Source of the DNA: a bacterium
GTDB taxonomy: Bacteria > Patescibacteriota > Saccharimonadia > CAILAD01 > JADZBC01
Assembly (NCBI GenBank): GCA_020852295.1
Contig: JADZBC010000009.1
Location: 7,081 to 71,080 of the forward strand
Reading direction: 5' to 3'
DNA: 64,000 nt
A program made the translations under genes and the position numbers. Numbering within the stretch: the first letter of the stretch is position 1; every line of letters starts with the position of its first letter. Positions 26,193-35,426 of the stretch are shown one piece after another. Below the pieces are notes generated by a model. That model saw only the letters and a program-made list of their open reading frames with translations. It did not search any database and was not told the origin of the DNA.

Positions 26193-26678
26193 TTAGTTGG
26201 CCTTTCCGATAACAAATGTGACGATAGAGTAGGCGAGAATGGCAACGATAAGACCGACAATCGAGTAAACAATTGCATCCTTGGCGACTCGCGTTCTGTT
26301 GGGATCACCCGCCGAGAACACATACAGCGCCGCGCCTATTAGTACGCCGATGACTGACACAACCCCGACGATCCAGCCAAGGAAGGTTATGACTCTTGAG
26401 ACAAGCTGGTTGACTGTAGAAGGAGTGGCACTACCCCCAAGCGATGAGGGTACCTTGGCGCCCGAGGCATTTGTTGGAGCTGGAGTAGGGGCGGGAGTAC
26501 GAGGAACCCCAACTACACATCTACCGTCTGGCTGAGCAGTCTTTCCGGTGCTTCCGTCGGGCAAGGTGCAAGGCAGGCCAATATCTTCAGGTGGCAATGC
26601 CGCCGATGCCATTCCCACGAAAGACAACGCTAGGCCCAATATGAGTATCGCCGATGTAAATAAATACTTTGGTTTCAC
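26193..26678 (-). CDS. T4SS/TrbC-VirB2-like pilin with Cys-containing N-terminal extension
   Basis: IGAALYVFSAGD..AKDAIVYSIVG. Confidence 0.85.
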   Translation of the reverse strand: MKPKYLFTSAILILGLALSFVGMASAALPPEDIGLPCTLPDGSTGKTAQPDGRCVVGVPRTPAPTPAPTNASGAKVPSSLGGSATPSTVNQLVSRVITFLGWIVGVVSVIGVLIGAALYVFSAGDPNRTRVAKDAIVYSIVGLIVAILAYSIVTFVIGKAN

Positions 26679-26686
26679 ATCTTTAC

Positions 26687-26950
26687 CTATTTAAACTGCG
26701 TTACTACTACATTAACTATGAGATAGGCAGACATTGCGATTACAAGACCAGCAATAGACCAGGTAATCGCATTTTTCGCTTGGCGCAGCCTATCAGGTTG
26801 ACCAAATGAGGATGCGTACATAATGCCGCCAATAATAAGAAAAATTACCGATAGTACACCCACGAACCAAAAGGCGATAATCATAGCATTTGCAAGTATC
26901 TGCTTCGGCCCATCGAGCGAGAACAGGTCCACACCATTAAAGAGATTCAT
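26687..26950 (-). CDS. T4SS/TrbC-VirB2-like pilin
   Basis: IIGGIMYASSFG..AKNAITWSIAG. Confidence 0.82.
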   Translation of the reverse strand: MNLFNGVDLFSLDGPKQILANAMIIAFWFVGVLSVIFLIIGGIMYASSFGQPDRLRQAKNAITWSIAGLVIAMSAYLIVNVVVTQFK

Positions 26951-27339
26951 TAAAAGTTACCTCCGGCGATTATCAAGTTAAGAATAACCCTCATAGATAC
27001 AAGAACAAACAATCCTGTTATCGAGGTTACTATTCGTTTTTTCGCCGCCTTAATTCCGTCCGGTTGACCCGCAGAAGTAATGAGTTGGATTGAGCTGATA
27101 ATAATAACCAGGACAGCCACCCCGCCGATAAGCCCAGTTACCCAGTTGGCAATCCCGTTAATTAGCATGATTGTTGCGTTTTCGCCGCCCGCACCGCATA
27201 TCGCACTAAGCCCAGGTGTACCTACCGTCACGTTGCCGCATTGTGCCGCATGAGCCGGTGTGCCACTCATAGCAACGAGTAGTGCGCCAATCAGTGTTTG
27301 TAATATTCTACCTTTGAGATTTTCCTGTTGCGCATCCAT
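26950..27339 (-). CDS. T4SS/TrbC-VirB2-like pilin
   Basis: IISSIQLITSAG..AKKRIVTSITG. Confidence 0.8.
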   Translation of the reverse strand: MDAQQENLKGRILQTLIGALLVAMSGTPAHAAQCGNVTVGTPGLSAICGAGGENATIMLINGIANWVTGLIGGVAVLVIIISSIQLITSAGQPDGIKAAKKRIVTSITGLFVLVSMRVILNLIIAGGNF

Positions 27340-27429
27340 ATAGGTATATTCTACGATTGTAAATCGGGCGAGTCAAAGTGAAGAGTTTCGATTGCCCGAA
27401 CACCATAAAAAGTTTATGATGAGTCTAAT

Positions 27430-30400
27430 ATGAGAGTGCGAGGGACAAAATATAGCAGGGCGCTATCGAGGATGCTTGGTCTGGCTGTATTTGTCATCGC
27501 CCTAACTGCTGTTTTCGGTATATTCAGCGCTCCCCGCGCCGAAGCTGCGATCAATAAGGACTGGGTCCAGCCAGCCTGGAGGGATGGGATTGGTGATAAT
27601 GGAACCGACGACGAAAGCAGGATACACTGTGGCTTCTTGTCCTCAGCACGCATCGTGTGCGAACAAAAGATTGGTGGGGTTTCGGGTGCGGATGACACGT
27701 TTGATTTTTGGTATGACCCAATAAACAGCAAGAAGTATGCATCTCTAGATGTTTTCCGATCAGATTCTGGACAGAACGCCGGAGATGGCGACCAGGGGTG
27801 GATCGTCTGTAGTATACAGGGAGGTTATGCCGAGGACACCTGCTACGCCCTCAAGGACCTGACTGATACAACCGCCCAAGGCTACACCTCTGGAAGACCC
27901 GTGACCGGGTGGAGCTACAAGGGTATTGACTTAGCCCCTTCAAAAGACTGGTCGATAGATAATGTCGGCGAGTTCGATAAAGATCCGGACTGGAAGGGGA
28001 TAGATACGGACGCCGATCGGGATAAGATATGTAACATAAAAATGTTTAGTGGCGATGCGCCGCCGCCAAGTACGTGCATTACGGGCTTCAATGGCACTAG
28101 GGACGTAGATATATCAGCACTGAGTAGTTTTGTTAGTGGATATCCTCAGTGGCGTGATGCCGATGCCCTCAAACGCGCCTGCGACAACGCCGTTGGGATA
28201 CTTAGTTTTATAATCTGCCCGATCATTGGCTATATGAACAACACGATAGTTGCCATGATTGGGAAAGAGAATCTACCTTCGGGAAGGCTAAATGGTAGTT
28301 TTCCGGCAGAAGGGCAAACGCCGTCTGAACCCAAGGGCTTACTCATTTCTCTTTTAGAAGTGCGTCCCCTACTAGCAAAGGTGAGTAGTGGAGGGGGTTC
28401 TTTCGGTGACGCCACTCCTGCCTCGGGATCTGCTGTTACCTCTGGTATCTGTGACGACGCAAGCGATCCAGGGGGCGCAGACACAGCCTACACCTGCTCC
28501 ATAAAAGTCATGTGGAACAACATGAAGAACATCACGCTCACGATCTTTATATTGATATTCTTAGTAATTATATTTGCTAACGTGGCTACGATAGGCATTG
28601 ACAATTACACAATTAAAAAGATGCTGCCCAGACTTGTTGCGGCGGCTATACTGATACAGTTTTCGCTACTTATAGTAAGCCTACTGGTAGATATCTTTAA
28701 TATCTTTGGTAAAACCGTATCGGGTCTTATCCTATCACTGGCGCCTGCGACATCTGTATGCTCGACTGTAGCTACTGGTCCCAGCGGCACAGGGGCCGGT
28801 AAGGTTGTGCTTGGAGCAGGATTGGGCGTTGGTGTAACAGCCCTTCTCGCTAGTCCTGTTGGAGGACCTATAGCGCTCGTTGGAGTCGTTGTGATAATCG
28901 TCCTTGTGGTTATGATCGCTATAGCCGCCATCGGTGCATTTATCGCCCTGCTTGCGAGACAGCTCATAATCTTCGCTCTCGTTCTTACGGCGCCTTTGGC
29001 TTTCGCTGCATGGATCCTACCGGGAACTGAAAAATACTTCAAGCTCTGGCGTGATAACCTTATTAAGTCACTCGCCATGTTCCCAATCGCAGTTTCTATG
29101 CTTGCTGCGGCAGTACTGTTTAGTACTACCGTTATTCAGGTAAGCGCTTGCGAGCAAGAATTTAGCCTGTCCACAATCATGGCTGCGCTCGTACCAATGG
29201 TAGCGCTGCTGATGCTGCCGAAGACTTTCAAATGGGGCGGCAACCTAACCTCGGCCATCGCGGGCGGCATCATGGGTGCAGCCGTAGCTCGATCAAAAGG
29301 GGTCGGTAGCGCTGCCTCCCGCTACGGCAAAAATCAAGTTAAGAAGGGTGCTTCGGGTCTAAAAAATGCAGCGCAAGACCGACTGAGCCAAACTGGTTTT
29401 GGTCAAAACACCAAGACCGGCCGCTTCTTGTCGGGCGGCGGACTGTTCGCTTCATATGCAGGCACTACCGGAAGCCGGCAGGCTGTAGCAGCGCGTAAAA
29501 ATGCCGCCCAGTCTGCGGCAGATAGAGAGGCAGCAAACCTACTTCGCCAAGCAAATAGTTTAGATGCCGATGCACGCAATACCAACCTCTCTGGAAGACG
29601 GCGAGCGGCGGCTGCAAGAGAACGAGACAGAATCCGCGAAAAGCTCTACGGCAGTAGCGCCACTCCTGCTATGCGGGCTGCTGCCCTAAACGCAGCGGCA
29701 AATGCAGGCGACCACCAAACATTAACAGCAATACATGGCGAATACAGTAGGCGGCGCAACGGCGCGCAGGAGTGGCAGGAAGCACTTAACTCTACCGGCT
29801 CACATGATGCAGTAGCGGCCACCATGCATGCCCATGCACAGACACTTGCACCCGGTAGTGCTGAGCGAAATAGCATCAACCAAATGCTTACCGGCGCGGG
29901 TGCTACACCTAAGCTGCGCGCAGCCGCGGTAAAGACCATGGCAGCAGCGGGCGATGGCGCTGGACTGGTTGCTGCGCATGAGAACACAGTACGTGCCGGC
30001 GGCCAACAGGCGTGGCTGGACGCTATTAATGCCAACCCTGGTTCAATGAAAGCTGTCGCTGATGCAGTATCTACCCACGCTTCTGGCATGACTGGGTCAA
30101 TTTATGCCGGCGCACCTGACTATAACCATGATAAAGCAGCCGCCCTGTCAGTCATAACAGGACAACAGGCAAGTCCGGCACTTCGTTCTGCAGCGTTAGG
30201 TACCCTTGCGAAGTCTGGCAATGAGGAAGGTATTGAGGCTGTTCGCCAAAGCATCCGCGCCGCGCACACAGACCGCACTACGGGCGTAGTAGACGAGGTT
30301 GCTGCTGGTCAAGAATGGGCGCGTGCGGTACAAGCAAATTATGGGGACTTCGACAAGGTTCCACACTTGCGACCATTTGCCGACGCCGAGCGCGCCGGTG

Positions 30401-31728
30401 AAGCAGCCAAGCTGACCGCCGGATCTTTTGCCGATGTGGCAGGGGGCGTAAAAAAGACACTTACTCGCCCAGAATTCTTAGAATCAACACTCTCGCCAAA
30501 AGTGATTACTGAGGCTACCGATGTGCAGCGCACCTCAATTCCGCAGGCAGCGAGGGAGAATATTGGACTTTGGGCTCACGGCGCAGCTAATGAAGTAGAC
30601 GCAAGCGGTCAGCCCGTAATGACGGCAGCTCGTCGGGCAGCTGAACTTAGGGCAGCCGGCCACCGAACTGAAGCGGATGCTGTTGAAGCCAGGGCGAATG
30701 AGTATAAGACTGTGCTAGACCGAAATGGCAACTGGACCGCACCAGCAGCCGGCGCACCCGCCGGCTCAGGCGGATCCTCATCCACAGGGACTGGCTCGTC
30801 TGGAGGCTCCACCACAATGCCACGCGGTGCTGCTGGTGGCCACACAGGAACCGTCAACGCAAGTGGGCTCTGGGTGCCTAATAGCACAGGAGGCTCTGCA
30901 CGATCAGGGTCTGGCCCATCTACGGGACCTACACCGCCTCCTGGAGGAGCACCACCGCCACCTCCTCCACCGACTGGCGGCCCCGGACCAAGCACACCGC
31001 CACCTACGGGACCTACACCGCCTCCTGGAGGAGCACCGCCGCCTCCTCCTCCAACCGCAAGCTTTGACCCACTTGGCTCAGACCTTGACCCGGGCTATGG
31101 GGCAAATAGGGAAGCTCAGTCTCGTATCTTGGCGGATATGGCGGCAGGCAAGAGCGCGAGCGAAGCAGCTGCAACACACCTAGATTCTGGCTCATCGCCA
31201 TTTGATATCGGCGAACTCCCTGGCTCCTCATTGCCAGCAGGTGAGAGAAGTGCCTGGACTCCTCCATCTGAGCGAGCAGCCGACTGGACCCCACCGACTC
31301 CACTGCCAGCCGAAACTCCAGCACCAACTAGTCCGATTGATGATTCCGTGCGATCCACCGCATCCTCAAGCAATACAACCACAGGCACAACTGTCCAGGG
31401 CTCCTCATCCGATGAATCTAGTGCGAGCAGCGGCAAGTCAGTCCCTACATCGTCAACTTCTGGTCGAGCAACTGGCAGCCGCGTCGACGCAGGCTCAAGT
31501 GTAGCAAGCGACTTGGCGCGCTATGATGCCGAAACACGAGCTCGTCAAGCGGCCGATCGTGCGAAAGAATCCGCCCGTGAAAGCTCTAAAGAAACTCGAA
31601 AGCTCATCGAGCGCACCGAAAAAAATAGACGTGAGGACATGAGAAGACTCGGCAACAGAATTGAGGGGGGCGGCGATACAGGTACAGAGGCAGAGGCTCC
31701 GCAAAACGACACAAGTAACGAAGAATAG
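27430..31728 (+). CDS. Large VirB6/TrbL-like polytopic protein with Cys-rich N-domain and long repeat-containing tail
   Basis: YTIKKMLPRLVAAAILIQFS and APLAFAAWILPGTEKYFKLW; directly upstream of prgI/virB4. Confidence 0.75.
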   Translation: MRVRGTKYSRALSRMLGLAVFVIALTAVFGIFSAPRAEAAINKDWVQPAWRDGIGDNGTDDESRIHCGFLSSARIVCEQKIGGVSGADDTFDFWYDPINSKKYASLDVFRSDSGQNAGDGDQGWIVCSIQGGYAEDTCYALKDLTDTTAQGYTSGRPVTGWSYKGIDLAPSKDWSIDNVGEFDKDPDWKGIDTDADRDKICNIKMFSGDAPPPSTCITGFNGTRDVDISALSSFVSGYPQWRDADALKRACDNAVGILSFIICPIIGYMNNTIVAMIGKENLPSGRLNGSFPAEGQTPSEPKGLLISLLEVRPLLAKVSSGGGSFGDATPASGSAVTSGICDDASDPGGADTAYTCSIKVMWNNMKNITLTIFILIFLVIIFANVATIGIDNYTIKKMLPRLVAAAILIQFSLLIVSLLVDIFNIFGKTVSGLILSLAPATSVCSTVATGPSGTGAGKVVLGAGLGVGVTALLASPVGGPIALVGVVVIIVLVVMIAIAAIGAFIALLARQLIIFALVLTAPLAFAAWILPGTEKYFKLWRDNLIKSLAMFPIAVSMLAAAVLFSTTVIQVSACEQEFSLSTIMAALVPMVALLMLPKTFKWGGNLTSAIAGGIMGAAVARSKGVGSAASRYGKNQVKKGASGLKNAAQDRLSQTGFGQNTKTGRFLSGGGLFASYAGTTGSRQAVAARKNAAQSAADREAANLLRQANSLDADARNTNLSGRRRAAAARERDRIREKLYGSSATPAMRAAALNAAANAGDHQTLTAIHGEYSRRRNGAQEWQEALNSTGSHDAVAATMHAHAQTLAPGSAERNSINQMLTGAGATPKLRAAAVKTMAAAGDGAGLVAAHENTVRAGGQQAWLDAINANPGSMKAVADAVSTHASGMTGSIYAGAPDYNHDKAAALSVITGQQASPALRSAALGTLAKSGNEEGIEAVRQSIRAAHTDRTTGVVDEVAAGQEWARAVQANYGDFDKVPHLRPFADAERAGEAAKLTAGSFADVAGGVKKTLTRPEFLESTLSPKVITEATDVQRTSIPQAARENIGLWAHGAANEVDASGQPVMTAARRAAELRAAGHRTEADAVEARANEYKTVLDRNGNWTAPAAGAPAGSGGSSSTGTGSSGGSTTMPRGAAGGHTGTVNASGLWVPNSTGGSARSGSGPSTGPTPPPGGAPPPPPPPTGGPGPSTPPPTGPTPPPGGAPPPPPPTASFDPLGSDLDPGYGANREAQSRILADMAAGKSASEAAATHLDSGSSPFDIGELPGSSLPAGERSAWTPPSERAADWTPPTPLPAETPAPTSPIDDSVRSTASSSNTTTGTTVQGSSSDESSASSGKSVPTSSTSGRATGSRVDAGSSVASDLARYDAETRARQAADRAKESARESSKETRKLIERTEKNRREDMRRLGNRIEGGGDTGTEAEAPQNDTSNEE
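30920..31053 (+). repeat. ~50-bp direct repeat with 84-bp period encoding GPTPPPGGAPPPPPP
   Basis: CTACGGGACCTACACCGCCTCCTGGAGGAGCACC at 30920 and 31004. Confidence 0.9.
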
Positions 31729-31733
31729 TCACT

Positions 31734-32573
31734 ATGGGACAATATAAAGTACCACAAAACGTAGAAACCGAAGATAAGATCTTGGGTCCGCTGACGATCA
31801 AGCAGTTCATCTATGTGATCATTGCTCTAGCCTGGGGATTCATCATGTGGCGAATCTTCTCGGCGGCTATACCGATCGCAGTGCTTACCATTTTGCCGGT
31901 TAGTGGAGTGTTTTTAGCGCTCGGTCTCATCCAGCGAGAAGGACAAAGTTTTGAGAACTATTTTGTGGCAATGGTTCGTTACTTTTTCGTGCCGCGCATG
32001 CTGGTTTGGACCAAGGAGCCAGAAATGGTTCAGGCCATCAAGGCGCCAAAGAAGAAGGTCGACACCGGTCCAACTTATCGCCGTAGCCCTGACGAGATAC
32101 GTGGTGCACTCAAAAAACTAGCCACCGTTATCGATACACATGGCCAGTTTCAAAAAGGGGAGACGCTCCAGCTGGCGGATGACCAAAACGAAGCAGCCGA
32201 GATCAGTAAGCGCATCGCCGGGCCACAAAACCAGTCGCTTGAGCAGCATATCAACAACATGGCACAAGCAAGTGACGATATCCTTGATCCGAACAGCGCT
32301 CGCGCCGGCTCGGTCGGCAATTTGCTTCAAAATGTCGAACAAGACGTCCGTGCTCAAGCCAGGGCAACTATGGAAAAAGACCTCCTAAAGTCTGACCGAA
32401 AAACTGCCGACCTCATACCAACGAACGTGCAAGCTACTTCTCACACCCACGCCCAAGATGCTATACTCAAAATGGCTATGCAGAGCGGCGGCATATCTGT
32501 TTCACAGCTCGCCCAGCAAGCCAATCGCCACCTAACCCTTGAGGAGGGTAAGGCGGTCAAGATAGAGCAATAG
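31734..32573 (+). CDS. PrgI-family (VirB3-like) protein
   Basis: YKVPQNVETEDKILGPLTIKQF plus two TM helices. Confidence 0.85.
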   Translation: MGQYKVPQNVETEDKILGPLTIKQFIYVIIALAWGFIMWRIFSAAIPIAVLTILPVSGVFLALGLIQREGQSFENYFVAMVRYFFVPRMLVWTKEPEMVQAIKAPKKKVDTGPTYRRSPDEIRGALKKLATVIDTHGQFQKGETLQLADDQNEAAEISKRIAGPQNQSLEQHINNMAQASDDILDPNSARAGSVGNLLQNVEQDVRAQARATMEKDLLKSDRKTADLIPTNVQATSHTHAQDAILKMAMQSGGISVSQLAQQANRHLTLEEGKAVKIEQ

Positions 32574-32613
32574 CCCTATCTAACCCGTGTGAATTATCAA
32601 GGAGAGTGGAGTT

Positions 32614-33531
32614 TTGCAGCCACAGGCCAATGCAAATCAAAATCCAGCTGCACCAGTCGCAGCTAATGCTGATCCTTCGGCAACACCGCCGAAAAAAGCA
32701 AAGGACCTGCGACAAAGTACGCAGAATCACTTACTGTTATCAGAAATACGTGATGGCATAGTGGTGATGCGCGATGGTAGCCTTCGCATGGTTATCATGG
32801 CTTCTGCGCTCAATTTCGACCTCAAAAGTCCCCAAGAACAAGATGCGATCGAAAGCTCGTATCAAGGATTTCTTAACGGTCTTCATTTCCCAATCCAAAT
32901 CCTAGTACGGTCTCGTCGAATGAACCTCGACAACTATCTGGCCGAGCTGGAGAGACTCCAAGGTGAACAAGAAAACCAACTCCTCGCTGGTCTCATGGAA
33001 GACTATATCTACAACATTCGCGGCCTCATTCAGGACATCAACATCATGGATAAGGAGTTTTACATCGTCGTACCTTATTACACGCTAGCGGTCACCAAGG
33101 AAGGTTTGGCCAGCAAGGTTCGTAAGGTATTTGAGGGTAATCGCGAGGTGAGCCAAACTGCTGAGACATTTGAGGCACACAAGCGAGATCTTATACAGCG
33201 CACCAACCTCGTTGCCCAGGGACTTGCACAAATGGGTGTTCGTGCGGCAGTACTGAATACCCAGGAGCTGATTGAGCTCTTTTACTCCGTCTACAACGAA
33301 GACGAATCACAGAGCCAGTCGCTCGTCGAAGTGGATGAACTTACGACCCCTATTGTAGAGCGAGGCAACGCAGCCCCAATGCCGGCCGGCCCGCCGCCGC
33401 CAGCACCGATCGAGCCAGATGACATGTATACTGCAGCTCAGCGTGAGGGTATTGGGGCACAAGCAACGGCTGCGCCACAAGCGGCCGATCCAAATGCCTA
33501 CCAGCAGCCACCACAAGGGGGGCAGCAGTAA
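32614..33531 (+). CDS. VirB4 N-terminal-like/TraC-associated protein
   Basis: STQNHLLLSEIRDGIVVM, NFDLKSPQEQDAI, FPIQILVRSR; between prgI and virB4. Confidence 0.7.
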   Translation: MQPQANANQNPAAPVAANADPSATPPKKAKDLRQSTQNHLLLSEIRDGIVVMRDGSLRMVIMASALNFDLKSPQEQDAIESSYQGFLNGLHFPIQILVRSRRMNLDNYLAELERLQGEQENQLLAGLMEDYIYNIRGLIQDINIMDKEFYIVVPYYTLAVTKEGLASKVRKVFEGNREVSQTAETFEAHKRDLIQRTNLVAQGLAQMGVRAAVLNTQELIELFYSVYNEDESQSQSLVEVDELTTPIVERGNAAPMPAGPPPPAPIEPDDMYTAAQREGIGAQATAAPQAADPNAYQQPPQGGQQ

Positions 33532-35426
33532 TGGGTCTCTTTGGCAACAAGCAACCTCAACAGCCCCAAGTCGATCCGCAGGCAGCCGCTCAAGCTGCGC
33601 AAAATGCGCAGGCAGAGGCCGTCTATCGACAAGGTGTGGTGACGCTTCGTGACACCATCGCTCCGTCATCCTTCGAGATAGAAAGTAACTTCATTAAGAT
33701 CGGCAAGCGCTATGCACGAACGCTGTTTGTCTATGGATACCCTCGTACGCTCTTTACTGGCTGGCTCAGCCCGCTCATCAACCTAGACGAGGTTATCGAC
33801 ATCAGTATGTTTATCGAGCCAGTCGAAAGCCGAGTGGTACTCGAAAACCTTCGCAAAAAAGTAGGGCAACTTGAAGCTAGCATCACTATCAACCAAGAAA
33901 AGGGCATGGTGCGTGATCCGGGCCTGGAAGCGGCAGTCCAAGATGCCGAGGAACTCCGTGACGCCCTACAGGTTGGAGAAGAACGCTTCTTCCGCTTTGG
34001 ACTGTACTTCACAATCTACGGCAAAGACCTCGAGGAGCTCGACCTCGTTCAGCGCAAAGTCGAGAGTATGCTTGGTAGTAGCCTGATCTATACCAAACCA
34101 GCCACTATTCAGATGGAGCAAGGCTTCAACTCCTCGGTACCAATTGCGACCGACCTACTTGGCATCAGCCGCAATATGAACACAGGCTCACTCTCAACAA
34201 GCTTTCCTTTTACGACTGCGGAGCTTAGTCAGGATAAGGGAATTATGTATGGCGTTAATCGGCACAATAACAGCCTGGTTATCTTTGACCGGTTTAGCTT
34301 AGAAAACGCCAATATGGCCGTCTTTGCTAAATCTGGTGGTGGTAAGAGTTTTGCGGTCAAGCTTGAATGCCTGCGCTCGCTCATGATGGGTACCGAAATC
34401 ATCATTATCGACCCAGAAAACGAATATAAGACCCTGTGTGACGCAGTCGGGGGTGGCTTTTTACGCCTCTCGCTGGCCAGTGACACCCGCATCAATCCAT
34501 TTGACCTGCCTCAGACAGTAGACCCAGAAGAAGCCGACAATGCGCTTCGAGCCAATATTATTATGCTCACTGGACTCATCCGACTGATGTGTGGCGACCT
34601 TTCGCAAACCGAGCTGGCCGACCTCGATGTGGCGCTCATCAATACTTACGCCGAAAAGGGGATTACCAATGACCCTCTCACGCATACTGCCGTGCCGCCA
34701 ACCATGACCGACCTGTACAACACCCTCATCAGCATGGGCGGGACCGGCCCATCAATTGCTGCTCGTTTGCGCCGCTACGTTGAAGGTACCTTCTCTGGAA
34801 TCTTCTCACAGCAGTCCAATGTCGACCTGAACTCAAAGTTCGTCGTGTTCAATATTCGTGACCTGGAAGACGAAATGCGACCGATCGGCATGTACATCAC
34901 ACTTAACTATATCTGGAATCGCGTGAAGAGCGAGAAGAAAAAGCGCATTCTCGTGGTGGATGAAGCCTGGCAACTTATGCAATATCAAGAATCGGCTCAG
35001 TTTATGTTCTCGATCGCCAAGCGTGCCCGTAAGTATTACCTTGGACTTACTACGATCTCGCAGGACGTCGAGGATTTCTTAAGTACCCGCCTTGGACGTG
35101 CAGTCGTCAGCAACTCATCACTCCAGCTCCTGCTTAAGCAATCACCATCGGCTGTCGATATTGTAGCTGATACCTTCAAATTAACTTCCGAGGAGCGCAA
35201 CCGCCTCACACAGTTCCCAGTCGGTGAAGGGCTATTCTTTGCTGGACTGTCGCACGTGATTCTGCGTATTCTTGCTTCTCCTACAGAAGAACAACTCATC
35301 ACCACCAACCCACAACAATTGCTCGACCGCGAAGCTGCCACACAGGCACAAACCCTGACTGACGAACTAACCGCTGGGCCCGTTGAGCTGGCGCAGCAGA
35401 CAGATGCTGGAGTAGCAAATGGCTAG
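33531..35426 (+). CDS. virB4: VirB4-like T4SS ATPase
   Basis: Walker A AKSGGGKS, IIDPENEY, Walker B VVDEAW, RARKYYLG. Confidence 0.88.
   Translation: MGLFGNKQPQQPQVDPQAAAQAAQNAQAEAVYRQGVVTLRDTIAPSSFEIESNFIKIGKRYARTLFVYGYPRTLFTGWLSPLINLDEVIDISMFIEPVESRVVLENLRKKVGQLEASITINQEKGMVRDPGLEAAVQDAEELRDALQVGEERFFRFGLYFTIYGKDLEELDLVQRKVESMLGSSLIYTKPATIQMEQGFNSSVPIATDLLGISRNMNTGSLSTSFPFTTAELSQDKGIMYGVNRHNNSLVIFDRFSLENANMAVFAKSGGGKSFAVKLECLRSLMMGTEIIIIDPENEYKTLCDAVGGGFLRLSLASDTRINPFDLPQTVDPEEADNALRANIIMLTGLIRLMCGDLSQTELADLDVALINTYAEKGITNDPLTHTAVPPTMTDLYNTLISMGGTGPSIAARLRRYVEGTFSGIFSQQSNVDLNSKFVVFNIRDLEDEMRPIGMYITLNYIWNRVKSEKKKRILVVDEAWQLMQYQESAQFMFSIAKRARKYYLGLTTISQDVEDFLSTRLGRAVVSNSSLQLLLKQSPSAVDIVADTFKLTSEERNRLTQFPVGEGLFFAGLSHVILRILASPTEEQLITTNPQQLLDREAATQAQTLTDELTAGPVELAQQTDAGVANG

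Noticed and set aside
30920-31053. Direct repeat as a CRISPR array
   Set aside because: Only two copies, in frame within a Pro-rich coding region, and no cas genes.
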